From Alphaproteobacteria bacterium (GTDB lineage: Bacteria > Pseudomonadota > Alphaproteobacteria > UBA7985): a DNA stretch of 64,000 nt. The notes below the pieces were generated by a model. The model did no database searches. It saw only the letters and a program-made list of their open reading frames with translations, and had not been told where the DNA came from. The position numbers and the translations under genes are program-made. Where the stretch lies: assembly GCA_965658725.1 (NCBI GenBank), contig CBFHUI010000001.1, forward strand, positions 16,567 through 80,566. The letters run 5' to 3'. This document shows, one piece after another, positions 11,778 through 28,102 of this stretch (positions are counted from its first letter, which is position 1; each line of letters starts with the position of its first letter).

Positions 11778-13061
11778 ATGCGAACGCTCCGTTCACATCG
11801 CGGCTTATACGGGGTCTTAGACGTTGGATCGTCGAAGATTACGTGCCTCGTGATAAACGCGACCAACCCTCGTTCACCGCGCATTCTGGGCATGGGGCAC
11901 CGTGCTTCCAAGGGTATGCGTGCGGGCGAGATTGTGGACATGGATGCCGCGCAGGAAGCGATCCTCGCGACCGTCACGGACGCTGAAGACGCCGCAGGCC
12001 TCACCATCGAAGACATGTTCGTGTGCTATTCTGGTGGAAAGCCGCGCAGCCAGCTGGTTGATCTTGAGATCGACGTGAGCGGCCACGCGGTCAGCGAGAC
12101 CCACGTCAGTGCGCTGGTTTCCTATGCCGCGCAGACCCTGCCCTTTGAGCAGGAAAGCGTGCGCCCCATGCACCGGCTCCACACCCTGCCCGTTGACTAC
12201 CGGGTGGACCGCAATCACGGCATCAGCGACCCGCGCGGGATGACGGCAGAGCGGCTGGGTTCGCGACTGTTGGCCGTATCAGTCTCTCGCTCCAGCCTCG
12301 ACAACATCATCGACGCGATCGACAAGTGCCACTTGAACATCCGCGGCGTCATGGTGGGTGGATTGGCGAGCCATTACTCGGTGATGACCGAGGAAGAGAT
12401 GCAGCTGGGCGCGTGCCTGGTGGAAATTGGCGCGTCGGTTTCGACACTGGTTGCCTTTAGTGGCGGCGGTGCCGTGCATCTGGAGACGCTGCCCATCGGC
12501 TCCGATCACCTCACACGCGATCTGGCAGCCGCTCTGAACTGTAACATTGCAGCGGCCGAGCGGATCAAGACGCTCTACGGTTCTGCGCTGAGTAACCCTT
12601 CTGACAGTGACCGCGAAATCCGACTACCTCAGGAAGCCATGAACGGCGGGCTGGTGGGCAGTGACCGGATCACGCGCTCTTTCGTTGTTGGGATTATTCA
12701 ACCGCGTTTGGATGAGATGCTGAGCATGCTCAAGCAGCGGATCGATCATCCAAACCTTCGTAAGTACGCGGGTCGCCGCGTTGTTTTCACCGGCGGAGGC
12801 GCAAACCTCACCGGCCTGCGCGACTACGCAACCATGGCGCTTAGCCGCCAAATCCGAATTGGACGCCCTCGCGAGATCACCGGGATTCCGGCTTCCCGCG
12901 TTGGCTTTGAACTATCTGCCGCTCTGGGCTTGGCGCATTTCACCGCCACAGCCGGAACCAAAGCAGCTGCCAGTTCAATGGGTGCTGCCCCGCTGCAGCA
13001 GAAGTCCTTGCTTCAGTCCATACCGTTGGTGGGTGGGCTTTTTTCAAAGAGGGCGGCGTAA
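11778..13061 (+). CDS. ftsA: cell division protein FtsA (actin-like ATPase)
   Basis: LYGVLDVGSSKITCLVI N-terminal phosphate-1 motif and FtsA/actin fold features. Position between ftsQ and ftsZ. Confidence 0.85.
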   Translation: MRTLRSHRGLYGVLDVGSSKITCLVINATNPRSPRILGMGHRASKGMRAGEIVDMDAAQEAILATVTDAEDAAGLTIEDMFVCYSGGKPRSQLVDLEIDVSGHAVSETHVSALVSYAAQTLPFEQESVRPMHRLHTLPVDYRVDRNHGISDPRGMTAERLGSRLLAVSVSRSSLDNIIDAIDKCHLNIRGVMVGGLASHYSVMTEEEMQLGACLVEIGASVSTLVAFSGGGAVHLETLPIGSDHLTRDLAAALNCNIAAAERIKTLYGSALSNPSDSDREIRLPQEAMNGGLVGSDRITRSFVVGIIQPRLDEMLSMLKQRIDHPNLRKYAGRRVVFTGGGANLTGLRDYATMALSRQIRIGRPREITGIPASRVGFELSAALGLAHFTATAGTKAAASSMGAAPLQQKSLLQSIPLVGGLFSKRAA

Positions 13062-13136
13062 AAAGACTGTCCTCAAAAATAATAAGACCAAACGGTTACA
13101 GCGACAAAGTCGCATAAGATACTAGTGGAGATTATT

Positions 13137-15179
13137 ATGTGTGCTCTTAATTTGGGCGTTCCAGATCAGAAGTCGGTGTTTAAGCCGCGCATTCTGGTCC
13201 TTGGCGTTGGTGGCGCCGGTGGAAACGCCGTAAACAATATGATTCAAGCCGACCTCCAAGGGGTCGAATTTGCTGTTGCGAACACCGATGCGCAGGCGCT
13301 CGAGATGTCTTTGAGCGATCGCCGGGTGCGACTGGGTACTATGGCCACACAGGGCCTGGGCGCGGGCGCAAACCCTGTTGTGGGTCGCGCGGCTGCCGAA
13401 GAATCGCTGCAGGATGTGCTTGACGAAATCGGCGACGTAAACATGGTCTTCATCACTGCTGGCATGGGCGGCGGCACCGGAACTGGTGCAGCGCCATTGA
13501 TTGCTAAGGCTCTGAAAGAACGCGGTGTTTTGACCGTCGGCGTCGCGACCAAGCCCTTTGCATTTGAAGGCATCGTCCGCATGCGTCAGGCTGAAGAAGG
13601 CATCGATCTTTTCGCCGGTGCCGTCGATACACTGATCGTCATCCCGAACGAAAACCTCTTCCGCATTGCCAACGAGCGCACGTCGTACGCGGACGCGCTG
13701 AAGATGGCTGATGAAGTGCTTTACGACGGTGTTCGGGCCATTTCCGACCTGATCGTCCGTCCGGGTAACATCAACCTCGACTTCGCCGATGTTCGCGCAC
13801 TGATGACCGTCATGGGCAAGTCAATGATGGGGACAGGTGAAGCCGAGGGCGAGAACCGGGCGATGGAAGCCGCTGAGTTGGCCATCTCCAACCCACTCCT
13901 GGACGACATCAACCTTGCATCGGCCAAAGGCGTGCTGCTGAACATTTCCGGCGGTCCAGACCTGACCATGTACGAAGTCGATGAAGCCGCAAAGCGGATC
14001 ACCCGCGAGGTTCTCCCAGACAGCAACATCATCACCGGCACCTCGATCGATCCGAACCTCGAAGGCTCCGTCCGGGTGTCTGTGGTCGCTACAGGCATTG
14101 ACGAAGAAGCAAACGCCAAGGCTGGTACGCCGCCGAGCGCCTTTGCTCGACCCGAGCCGCAAGTCGCAACCCCTGCGCCGCTGAAGCCACTGGCTGCGAA
14201 ACCAGCTGCAGCGCCGATCAACACCACGCCTGCCGCAGCCCCCATGGCACGCTCCTCGTTCAACGTGACGGGCGCGGGTGGTGTGGTTCACACCATTCAG
14301 GGCACCCCAGGCACGATGGAGTTCGCGCGCTCGGTCGCCAATCCGCCTAAGCACGCGACACAACCAAGCGCCCCTGAGGCCGCTCCTTCCACCACGCAGG
14401 CTACGGTGCCAATTGCAGAGGCCAAGCCACGCAATCCGATTGCACCCCTGCCAGAATCCCTGCTGACCCCACCCGCTCGCAACGAGATGATGGAGTTCCG
14501 GGAGATGCAGGCGACGCAGACTGCCGCAACCGCTTCAGCTCTGCGGGAAGAACCTGCACCGCAGCCTGCCCCGCAGGTTCGCGAAACCCAGTCGGCCTTT
14601 CCTTCCCCTGAGCTGCGCCAGAGCAAACTGCTCCGCGCACAGCACGAAGCGGCACAGCGCCCGGCAATGGACAACTACACGCACCAGCCAGAGCCAGCGC
14701 CGGCGCCTATGGCATTCGAGGCACCTGAACCCGCCCCTGCGGTAACGGTTCCAGAAGCCCCCGTAGTATCGCGCGAGCCAGAGCCAAGGACGATGTTCGA
14801 GCCGCTGGTCGAGACCGCATCCTACGAGCAGGAAACCCAAGAAGAGCTGTTCTACGAGCCAGAGGAGCAGCAGCGTCCAGCCGGTCCAACCAGCGCTCTG
14901 GGTCGCCTCTTGGGTCTGGCGCGCGGCGGCTTCTCCCAGCGTCCAAGCGCTGAAGACGTCCACGAAGCGGAATACCGACAGTCCATGCATGAAAGCGGCT
15001 TCGACCGCTTGGGCTCGGAGACTGCACCAGCCGCGCCGAGCGCTGGCCGTGGCCTAAACTCCGCTGCGCAGCGTCCTCCGCTCACCAGCATTTCCACCAC
15101 ACCAACCGACAGCGCTGAAATGGATCTCGACGAATCCGAGATGAACATTCCGGCATTTCTTCGCCGTCAGATGAATTAA
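13137..15179 (+). CDS. ftsZ: cell division GTPase FtsZ with a very long disordered C-terminal linker
   Basis: Tubulin signature [10 protein letters not shown] and N-terminal [18 protein letters not shown]. Conserved C-terminal peptide [22 protein letters not shown] Shine-Dalgarno 7 nt before the ATG at 13137 (the ORF track starts at 13125). Confidence 0.9.
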   Translation: MCALNLGVPDQKSVFKPRILVLGVGGAGGNAVNNMIQADLQGVEFAVANTDAQALEMSLSDRRVRLGTMATQGLGAGANPVVGRAAAEESLQDVLDEIGDVNMVFITAGMGGGTGTGAAPLIAKALKERGVLTVGVATKPFAFEGIVRMRQAEEGIDLFAGAVDTLIVIPNENLFRIANERTSYADALKMADEVLYDGVRAISDLIVRPGNINLDFADVRALMTVMGKSMMGTGEAEGENRAMEAAELAISNPLLDDINLASAKGVLLNISGGPDLTMYEVDEAAKRITREVLPDSNIITGTSIDPNLEGSVRVSVVATGIDEEANAKAGTPPSAFARPEPQVATPAPLKPLAAKPAAAPINTTPAAAPMARSSFNVTGAGGVVHTIQGTPGTMEFARSVANPPKHATQPSAPEAAPSTTQATVPIAEAKPRNPIAPLPESLLTPPARNEMMEFREMQATQTAATASALREEPAPQPAPQVRETQSAFPSPELRQSKLLRAQHEAAQRPAMDNYTHQPEPAPAPMAFEAPEPAPAVTVPEAPVVSREPEPRTMFEPLVETASYEQETQEELFYEPEEQQRPAGPTSALGRLLGLARGGFSQRPSAEDVHEAEYRQSMHESGFDRLGSETAPAAPSAGRGLNSAAQRPPLTSISTTPTDSAEMDLDESEMNIPAFLRRQMN

Positions 15180-15236
15180 GCGCCCGGTAAGCGCTTAAGT
15201 CATATTTCCACCGACTTACCACCAACATTCTCCACG

Positions 15237-15272
15237 GGGCGGAGTGCTAAGGCACTTCCGCCCTTTCTTTTT
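15237..15272 (+). terminator. rho-independent terminator after ftsZ
   Basis: Hairpin GGGCGGAGTGC-TAAG-GCACTTCCGCCC (about 11 bp stem with a 1-nt bulge) followed by TTTCTTTTT. Confidence 0.6.
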
Positions 15273-15310
15273 GCCGTGAGCTGACGCACACCGGCAGGAA
15301 CGTTGAAACC

Positions 15311-16249
15311 TTGGTCGGGTCTGTGGTCACTCAAAAAACCCTCGCGCAGCCACTGCGCCTCGCTGGTATGACTTTGCACGCAGGGGTTCCCGTCTCCTGC
15401 ACCATCGCGCCAGCACCGATCGGCCACGGGCTCGTGTTCCGTCGTCTCGATGCCTTGCCCGAGGTCGCGGACGTGCCTGCCTCCCCCGAGACCATCGTCA
15501 CCGCGCCCATGTGCTCTCGGATCGCCAATGAAGGCGGGTCGAGCGTCTCCACCCTTGAGCATCTGATGGCGGCGTTTCGTTCGTTTGAGGTGAGCAATGC
15601 GCTGATCACGCTGGACGGACCAGAAGTGCCCATCCTTGACGGCTCGGCCCTACCATGGCTGCGAGCCTTGCAGGACGCAGGGATCGAAGACCAGCACGCG
15701 CCCGCACGGGTCATCCGTCTGCTCCGCCGGGTCAGCGTGAGCGATGGCGATCGTCAAGCCGTGCTCGATCCCTTGGCGGACCATGAAACCGAGGCCCGCT
15801 TTACCGCTTCCATCACCTTTGACGTCGCCTCCATCGGTGAGCAGTCGTTTACCAGCGGCTGCACGCCCGAGGCTTTCGAATGCGACCTTGCGCCGGCGCG
15901 CAGTTTCGTGGTGGCATCTCAACTGCCCGGTTTACAGTCTAAGGGGCTGGTGCGAGGCGGCTCGCTGGCCAACGCGGTGGTGTTTGACACGGCTGGTGTT
16001 CGCAACCCGGAAGGTCTGCGCTTCAACGACGAACCCGCACGGCACAAGGTGCTTGATGCTGTCGGTGACCTGTATCTGGGCGGGGTGCAGATCCAAGCGC
16101 ACTACCGCGGCACCAAGGCAGGTCACGCGCTGCACGCCGCGCTCTTGCGTGCGCTATTCGCTGATGCAAGCGCATGGACTTGGGATGAGGCGACTGATCG
16201 AGACGCCGAGGCGCGCAAAGTAGTGGCATTCCGCTCGGCTCAGCGGTAA
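15311..16249 (+). CDS. lpxC: UDP-3-O-acyl-N-acetylglucosamine deacetylase
   Basis: N-terminus QKTLAQPLRLAGMTLHAGVPVSCTIAPAP...GLVFRRLD matches the LpxC pattern (E. coli KQRTLKRIV...GVGLHTG). TTG/GTG start (15311 or 15323). Confidence 0.88.
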   Translation: MVGSVVTQKTLAQPLRLAGMTLHAGVPVSCTIAPAPIGHGLVFRRLDALPEVADVPASPETIVTAPMCSRIANEGGSSVSTLEHLMAAFRSFEVSNALITLDGPEVPILDGSALPWLRALQDAGIEDQHAPARVIRLLRRVSVSDGDRQAVLDPLADHETEARFTASITFDVASIGEQSFTSGCTPEAFECDLAPARSFVVASQLPGLQSKGLVRGGSLANAVVFDTAGVRNPEGLRFNDEPARHKVLDAVGDLYLGGVQIQAHYRGTKAGHALHAALLRALFADASAWTWDEATDRDAEARKVVAFRSAQR

Positions 16250-16264
16250 AACACTGGCAAGATT

Positions 16265-17140
16265 ATGCGGGTACCCTCAAGCAACCCGCGCCCGGCCAAT
16301 GAGGATGGTTTACGGCACGTGAAAGCGTTTCTGCCCCTAGTTCTTGCGCTCGTCGCAGCGGCGACCCTGACCGCTTGCGAGGACCGCGAAGACCGTATCG
16401 AGCGCCTCCAGACGGACGCGGATACGATCGAAGAGCTGTCCATCGAAGCCCAGCGCTCGGCCAACGCGGGCCGGTTGGCCGAAGCCGCACGCCTGCTCGA
16501 TGAGATTGACCGGCAGTTTCCAACCTCTCCCGAAGCCCCGCGCGCGCTGGTCCTTGCCGGGCGGTATTACTTCGAGGCGCAGGAATACGAACTCGCTACG
16601 GCCATTCTATCCCGGTTCATCCGCGATCACGGTGGCCATCCGGACATCGCTTACGCTTACTATCTGCGCGGCGTGTCGTCGTACCGCTCCGTATCTGACG
16701 TGGACAAGGACGAGGGCGATACCTCAAACGCCGAAGCGCATCTGCGCGCGACCATCGATCAGTTTGCCGGGACAGACTATGCGCTTGACGCCAGCGTCAA
16801 GCTTAACGCGATCAAGAACCAGCGCGCCGCGAAGGAGCTGGTTACGGGCAAGTTCTATCATCAGCGCCGCGAGTATATGGCCGCGCTGAATCGCTATCAG
16901 AACGTGATCCAGGACTACCCGGACTCGACCTACGTCGAAGAAGCCCTCTACCGGATCATCGAAGTCTACCGCTCGCTGGGTTTGACGGCGGAGGCAAAAA
17001 ACACCGCTGTCGTTCTGGGTCACAACTTCCCGGACAGCCAGTGGTACTATAAAGCTTATGAGATTGTCGAAGGCCGCCTACCGGATCATATTGACCAGAG
17101 AAGCGGCGGCTTTTGGGGCGGTCTCAACCCCTTTGGCTAA
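16265..17140 (+). CDS. bamD: outer-membrane protein assembly factor BamD (ComL), TPR lipoprotein
   Basis: Lipobox LTAC after a hydrophobic signal, with TPR-like repeats. Conserved position after lpxC and before recN. The true start is possibly the GTG at 16319. Confidence 0.78.
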   Translation: MRVPSSNPRPANEDGLRHVKAFLPLVLALVAAATLTACEDREDRIERLQTDADTIEELSIEAQRSANAGRLAEAARLLDEIDRQFPTSPEAPRALVLAGRYYFEAQEYELATAILSRFIRDHGGHPDIAYAYYLRGVSSYRSVSDVDKDEGDTSNAEAHLRATIDQFAGTDYALDASVKLNAIKNQRAAKELVTGKFYHQRREYMAALNRYQNVIQDYPDSTYVEEALYRIIEVYRSLGLTAEAKNTAVVLGHNFPDSQWYYKAYEIVEGRLPDHIDQRSGGFWGGLNPFG

Positions 17141-17212
17141 CGCCAGCCTCCGCGCCCTTCGCCACTTGGCGTGAGGGCGTGGCCGGCCCTGTTCTGCGGA
17201 TTTAGAGGCAGC

Positions 17213-20982
<3,770 letters not shown>

Positions 20983-20988
20983 CGGAGG

Positions 20989-21960
20989 CTAGTGGAAGTC
21001 GATGGACTTGGACCAGTCCTGACAGCGTCGGTTCAGTTGCCGTGGTGCGCTGGCGCGGTGGTTCCGCATCAGCAGGATGGACCACGGCCCTCGCCGGATC
21101 ACGTGCAGACCGCGAAAACCGTGCGCCTGAAACGTGCGAGCGACCCGCTGCTCCTGCTTCCGCAACAGCCCCGCGAGCACAACCAGACCGCCTGGCGTCG
21201 TGACGGACGCAATTGCTGGGGCCAGGTTAATGAGGTGGCCCGACAGGATGTTGGCGAGCACAACCTCGTAGCGCGCACCCTGACGCACTGCTTGGTGGCT
21301 GATCCCGGCTGCTGGGACAAAGCGGGTGAGGCTTCCGACCCGGTTTTGGCGCGCGTTGACCTGGGCCACGCGCACGGCTTGCGGATCGATGTCGGAGCCG
21401 AGCATGGGCTGGCGCGTCGCCTTGCACCAAGCCAACCCCAGCACTCCAGACCCCGTCCCCATATCCAGCACGTTCAAGGCCCGTCTACCCTTGGTCTTTA
21501 CGATCTCGGAGACCATTTCCAGACACCCGTGGGTGGTCTCGTGGTGCCCTGTGCCAAAGGCGTTTTGTGCGTCGATGATCAGTTCGTGCGCGCCGTGGGG
21601 GGCGCGCGTGCTGTCGTGGCTACCGCGCAGGAAAAACCGGCCTGCATGGATCGCCGTCAACGCCGACTGGCTCTCTGCCACCCAATCCACGTCGGGCAGC
21701 GTCTCGATGACAAAGGCCGTATCGCTCCGTCCGGTGATCTGATCGCCTAGATCAATCAGCGGTTGGATGTCTTCGGCATCGGGGCGCAGGTCGAGGTAAG
21801 CCAAGACTTCAAGGTCATCGCTGTCGCGCAAATCCACCCCCGTATCAATCAGCGGCGCGCGACGCCCCACCACGGCGCCGGGCAGACCGCTAAGCAGGGC
21901 TTCATAGGTTTCCGCCTGCTCCCGCGGGACGGCAACAGTTACGAGGAAAGTTTCGGCCAT
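20989..21960 (-). CDS. prmA: ribosomal protein L11 methyltransferase
   Basis: PrmA-like SAM-MTase motifs FGTGHHETT and VLDMGTGSGVLGL. Convergent with ligA, leaving only a 6-bp gap. Confidence 0.78.
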   Translation of the reverse strand: MAETFLVTVAVPREQAETYEALLSGLPGAVVGRRAPLIDTGVDLRDSDDLEVLAYLDLRPDAEDIQPLIDLGDQITGRSDTAFVIETLPDVDWVAESQSALTAIHAGRFFLRGSHDSTRAPHGAHELIIDAQNAFGTGHHETTHGCLEMVSEIVKTKGRRALNVLDMGTGSGVLGLAWCKATRQPMLGSDIDPQAVRVAQVNARQNRVGSLTRFVPAAGISHQAVRQGARYEVVLANILSGHLINLAPAIASVTTPGGLVVLAGLLRKQEQRVARTFQAHGFRGLHVIRRGPWSILLMRNHRASAPRQLNRRCQDWSKSIDFH

Positions 21961-21971
21961 GGGAATGCTTC

Positions 21972-24386
<2,415 letters not shown>

Positions 24387-24478
24387 GGGACGAATGTAGA
24401 ACATTGCCACGCCCCTCGCCATCGAGATTACGCGTTTGAGGGACGGGTTCAACGGTATCGGATGGGGAAAACCAGTCT

Positions 24479-25630
24479 GTGAAGAACGTCAAAGTCGAAG
24501 ACCGCAACCTAAAGGGTGACTTTCAAGGAGCGAACTTTAACCTGCGCGTGTTTCGCTTTGGCGCAGCCCAGCCGGGTAAGCCCAAGGCTTACATGCACGC
24601 CGCTCTGCACGCCGATGAAACCCCCGGCATGCTGATCCTGCACCACATGCTTCCCAAGCTGCAGGCCGCTGCAGAGGCGGGTCTGATTGATGGGGAGATC
24701 GTGGTGCTGCCGCAGGCCAACCCCCTGGCCGGCGCTCAAGTGATGTTCAGCGACACCCACATCGGCCGCTTTGACCTCGCCAGTGGGCAAAACCACAACC
24801 GGGGCTGGGAACTGCTGACCCCCGGCGTCGTGGAGGCCATCGGTGCCGTGCTCGGCGACGACGCAGAAGCCAACGTTGCCCATATTCGGCGGATCGTGGG
24901 AGAGGCGCTCGCAGCGCGGGAGCCCACTAGGGTGCTGGAGCGCTTCCGCAAGGAGATTCTGAGCCTTTCCTACGATGCCGATATTGTCTTCGATATGCAT
25001 TGCGACGATGAAAGCGGCAGGCACCTGTTCATTCTCCCCGACCAGTGGCCCGACTGGGCCGATATCGCGGCTGCAAGCCGGTCCATGGTGGCACTGACCG
25101 CGGCAGACAGCGGTGGCGGCTCTTACGACGAATGTATCTCCACGGTCTGGACCCGCTTGCAGACCCGTTTCCCCGACCACCCCATTCCTCTCGCCTGCCC
25201 GGCGGCAACCTTTGAGTACGCAGGCTGGAGCGATGTGGAAGACGACGTGGCAGCGGAGGACGCGCAGCACTTGTTCAGCGTTCTGTGCTCGCGCGGCTTC
25301 ATCAATATGGAGCCCACCCCCCTGCCACCGCTAGAAGCCGAAGGCCTACCGCTAGAGGCGACGGAGATGCTGCGGACCGACGTGCCGGGGATCCTGACCT
25401 ACCGCGTTGTGGTCGGTGAGCAGGTGAGCAAAGGCCAGCATGTCGCCGACATCATCGACCCCACGGAGCTGGACCCGGTCAAGGCGCGCACGCCGATCCA
25501 TGCGACGACAGACGGCTTCATCCTGTCTCGCCGCACGCGCAAGCTGATGTTCCCCGGCGAAAGCATCATGAAGATCGTTGGGACGGAAATCCTGGAAAGC
25601 CGCAAAGGCGGCTACTTGCTCGAAGACTAG
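24479..25630 (+). CDS. succinylglutamate desuccinylase/aspartoacylase (AstE/AspA) family zinc deacylase
   Basis: N-terminal Zn-binding motif AALHADETPG and an overall length of about 380 aa typical of the family. GTG start. Confidence 0.65.
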   Translation: MKNVKVEDRNLKGDFQGANFNLRVFRFGAAQPGKPKAYMHAALHADETPGMLILHHMLPKLQAAAEAGLIDGEIVVLPQANPLAGAQVMFSDTHIGRFDLASGQNHNRGWELLTPGVVEAIGAVLGDDAEANVAHIRRIVGEALAAREPTRVLERFRKEILSLSYDADIVFDMHCDDESGRHLFILPDQWPDWADIAAASRSMVALTAADSGGGSYDECISTVWTRLQTRFPDHPIPLACPAATFEYAGWSDVEDDVAAEDAQHLFSVLCSRGFINMEPTPLPPLEAEGLPLEATEMLRTDVPGILTYRVVVGEQVSKGQHVADIIDPTELDPVKARTPIHATTDGFILSRRTRKLMFPGESIMKIVGTEILESRKGGYLLED

Positions 25631-25637
25631 CGCGGGT

Positions 25638-27425
25638 TCAGTCCGACTTTTCCCGGCTCCAATCCGCTGCTGTGGGCAGGTCTTCCTGCCCCTCGGCGAC
25701 CAGCATGGCACGGTGATAAGCGTAGGAAACGTCGAAGTCGTGGATCAGTCCAATCAACCGGTTGGATGTTTCATCGAGCACCACGGGCACATGCGCCTCG
25801 CCCTTCTCCACAAAGCGTTTCATCGCCGTGGTCAGATCGCAGTTTGCAGTCACCGAGAGGGCGGAGTTGGCCACGTCGGCGGCTGTGTTCTCCGGGTCAC
25901 GCAGCGCGGAACGGGAGGTTTCGAGCGTGATGAAGCCTTCGAGCTTACCGTTCTCCGTTACGACAAACACCCGCCCCCACCGGCTGCCAATCAGCCGATC
26001 GAGCGCTTCTGGCGCGGGCATGGAGGGCGGAACAGTATCGACCTTGGTATCAAGGATTTCGGATACGGACGTGTTTTGTAGCAGGGAGACATCCTTGCCG
26101 TCGCGAATATCCAGCCCGAGCATCTGCAACTGCCGGGTAAAGAACGAATGCCCTGTCAGGGTCCGTGCCAGACCGACTGCGAACACAACGGCGACCATGG
26201 AACCCACCGCCATGGGGTAGGAGCCGGTTAGCTCGAACACCATCAGCACAGTGGAAATCGGTGCGCCGAGGACAGCGGCGGCGGTCGCGCCCATGCCGAC
26301 GATCGCGTAAGCGGCTGGATCCGACGTTGCCCAAGGGGCCAGCGCCACCACCTGACCAAAGCTAGCACCCAGCGCAGCGCCGATCAGCAGCGCAGGCGAG
26401 AACACACCGCCACCAAAACCCAACCCCTGACACACCGCCGCGCAGACAACTTTACCGATGAGCACAGCCAGCAGCAGCATCAGTCCGTATTGACCCGCCA
26501 GCGTCAGCTGGGTCGCTTCATAGCCGATACCGAGCACTTGGGGCAGTTGGATAGCGATCAGGCCGACGATAAGCCCAGCAATCGCAGGACGGCTCCACCA
26601 CGGCAGATTAAAGCTGTCTGCGAGGCGTACGATGCGGAAGGTCAGCACGATAAACAGCACGGCGACCAGCCCGCTCACCCCGCCGAGCAGACCGAACAGT
26701 GGGAAGTCTGCGGCTCCGGCAGCGACGATCTCCGGCATGACAAAGGCCGGGTCATCACCCCGGATCGCACGGCCTACCAGCGTGGCGGCCAGCGCAGCGA
26801 GGACGCACGGCGCAAACAGGGAGAAGGCATAGTGCCCCACCACCACTTCCAGCGCGAAAAACACCCCCGCGAGTGGCGCGTTGAAGGACGCGGCGACAGC
26901 GGCCGAGACCCCACAAGCCAAGAGCGTACGGCGGATGCGCGGTTCCAGCCCCAGCGCCCTCGCGCCCCACGCGCCAATGGTTGCGCCCCAGTGCACCATC
27001 GGCCCCTCGCGGCCAACCGACGCGCCGAAGCCCAGCGAAATGGCATTGAGAGACGCGGCCTTGATCCCGTCGCGAAAGCTCATTCGTCCGCGGCGCAGAG
27101 CTGAGGCGGCGATGACATTGGCGACACCCGGCGGACGCGGCAGGTTGGGGTAGAGCACGGCCATCAGCCCGCCAACGATCAGCCCCCCGACCAACGGGCC
27201 AGCAAAACGCCGCCACCACGGCTGTTCGTCCAGTCCGGAAATCAGCAACTCTTCTCGGGTGCCCAGCGCCAGCCATTGCACCCAGGAAATCGCTTCAAGG
27301 AAAACAACAGCCGCCAGACCGACCAGTCCTCCCACCACCAACGCCAGCACCGTCGCCAGCAGGAGCCCCCGCTGACGAAAAGCCAGTTGCGGTGAGCCTG
27401 CGTTGCGGGTGGAAGGTTCGGGCAT
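25638..27425 (-). CDS. ClC-family chloride channel / H+-Cl- antiporter with C-terminal CBS pair
   Basis: GREGP selectivity motif, GxFxP motif, 10+ TM helices and a C-terminal CBS domain region. Convergent with the deacylase at a 7-bp gap. Confidence 0.85.
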   Translation of the reverse strand: MPEPSTRNAGSPQLAFRQRGLLLATVLALVVGGLVGLAAVVFLEAISWVQWLALGTREELLISGLDEQPWWRRFAGPLVGGLIVGGLMAVLYPNLPRPPGVANVIAASALRRGRMSFRDGIKAASLNAISLGFGASVGREGPMVHWGATIGAWGARALGLEPRIRRTLLACGVSAAVAASFNAPLAGVFFALEVVVGHYAFSLFAPCVLAALAATLVGRAIRGDDPAFVMPEIVAAGAADFPLFGLLGGVSGLVAVLFIVLTFRIVRLADSFNLPWWSRPAIAGLIVGLIAIQLPQVLGIGYEATQLTLAGQYGLMLLLAVLIGKVVCAAVCQGLGFGGGVFSPALLIGAALGASFGQVVALAPWATSDPAAYAIVGMGATAAAVLGAPISTVLMVFELTGSYPMAVGSMVAVVFAVGLARTLTGHSFFTRQLQMLGLDIRDGKDVSLLQNTSVSEILDTKVDTVPPSMPAPEALDRLIGSRWGRVFVVTENGKLEGFITLETSRSALRDPENTAADVANSALSVTANCDLTTAMKRFVEKGEAHVPVVLDETSNRLIGLIHDFDVSYAYHRAMLVAEGQEDLPTAADWSREKSD

Positions 27426-27477
27426 CGTCGTTAGGGGGCCTTCACGTCATCTGCATCTTCAATAGTGGCGGGGGCGA

Positions 27478-28023
27478 TTATCGCACCATGGACTTGCCGG
27501 GGGGCAGCCCGATCGAGCGGCTGATCCACGTGGGCTTTTCCCAGTCCTTCTGCACCGCCCAAACGGCGTCAAAAGCGTCGATCACTTCTTGCCGGAAGGG
27601 CGCAGAGCGGCGGGTTTCCAGCGAAACGGAGAGCGACATCCATTCCATGGTCGAGGACAGGAATTCACTGCCGTCCTCGTTGATCCCGTACATGGTCTGG
27701 GCGATGTGCATGCGCTTGCTGTCGTAGTCGTAGAGCTGATTGTGCACGCGGTAAGCCTGACCTTCCATCAACTCGCCGAGGTACTGGATATGACCTTCGA
27801 GCGTCATGGTGGTCATTCGCGTGCGCTGCCGCGCTGCGGCGTCAAAGTCGAGGGTGTCAACGAAGCCATCAAGGCCGTGATCGAAGGCAACGAGGTAATA
27901 GGCAACGTTCATGTGGCCGTTGTAGTCAATCCACTCAGGCAAAACGGTCCCGCGCGTCTCAAAGCCCCCTTCAGCGGCGATCCGCACCACTTCCGCATCA
28001 AATCCCACAACGGCCTCCTCCAT
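27478..28023 (-). CDS. hotdog-fold acyl-CoA thioesterase (4HBT-like)
   Basis: YNGHMNVAYY-type thioesterase-superfamily signature. 181 aa. Lies 52 bp upstream of the ClC gene on the same strand. Confidence 0.55.
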   Translation of the reverse strand: MEEAVVGFDAEVVRIAAEGGFETRGTVLPEWIDYNGHMNVAYYLVAFDHGLDGFVDTLDFDAAARQRTRMTTMTLEGHIQYLGELMEGQAYRVHNQLYDYDSKRMHIAQTMYGINEDGSEFLSSTMEWMSLSVSLETRRSAPFRQEVIDAFDAVWAVQKDWEKPTWISRSIGLPPGKSMVR

Positions 28024-28102
28024 AACAGGGAATGGAAGGCGTTATAGACCCTGAGTCGCGCGGCGCTAGGGGTTAGATCGATTTCGAGCGAAGAAACCCG
28101 TC

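Noticed and set aside
13721-15148. Several 100-180 aa minus-strand ORFs inside ftsZ
   Set aside because: Generated by the repetitive GC-rich linker-coding region; no motifs.
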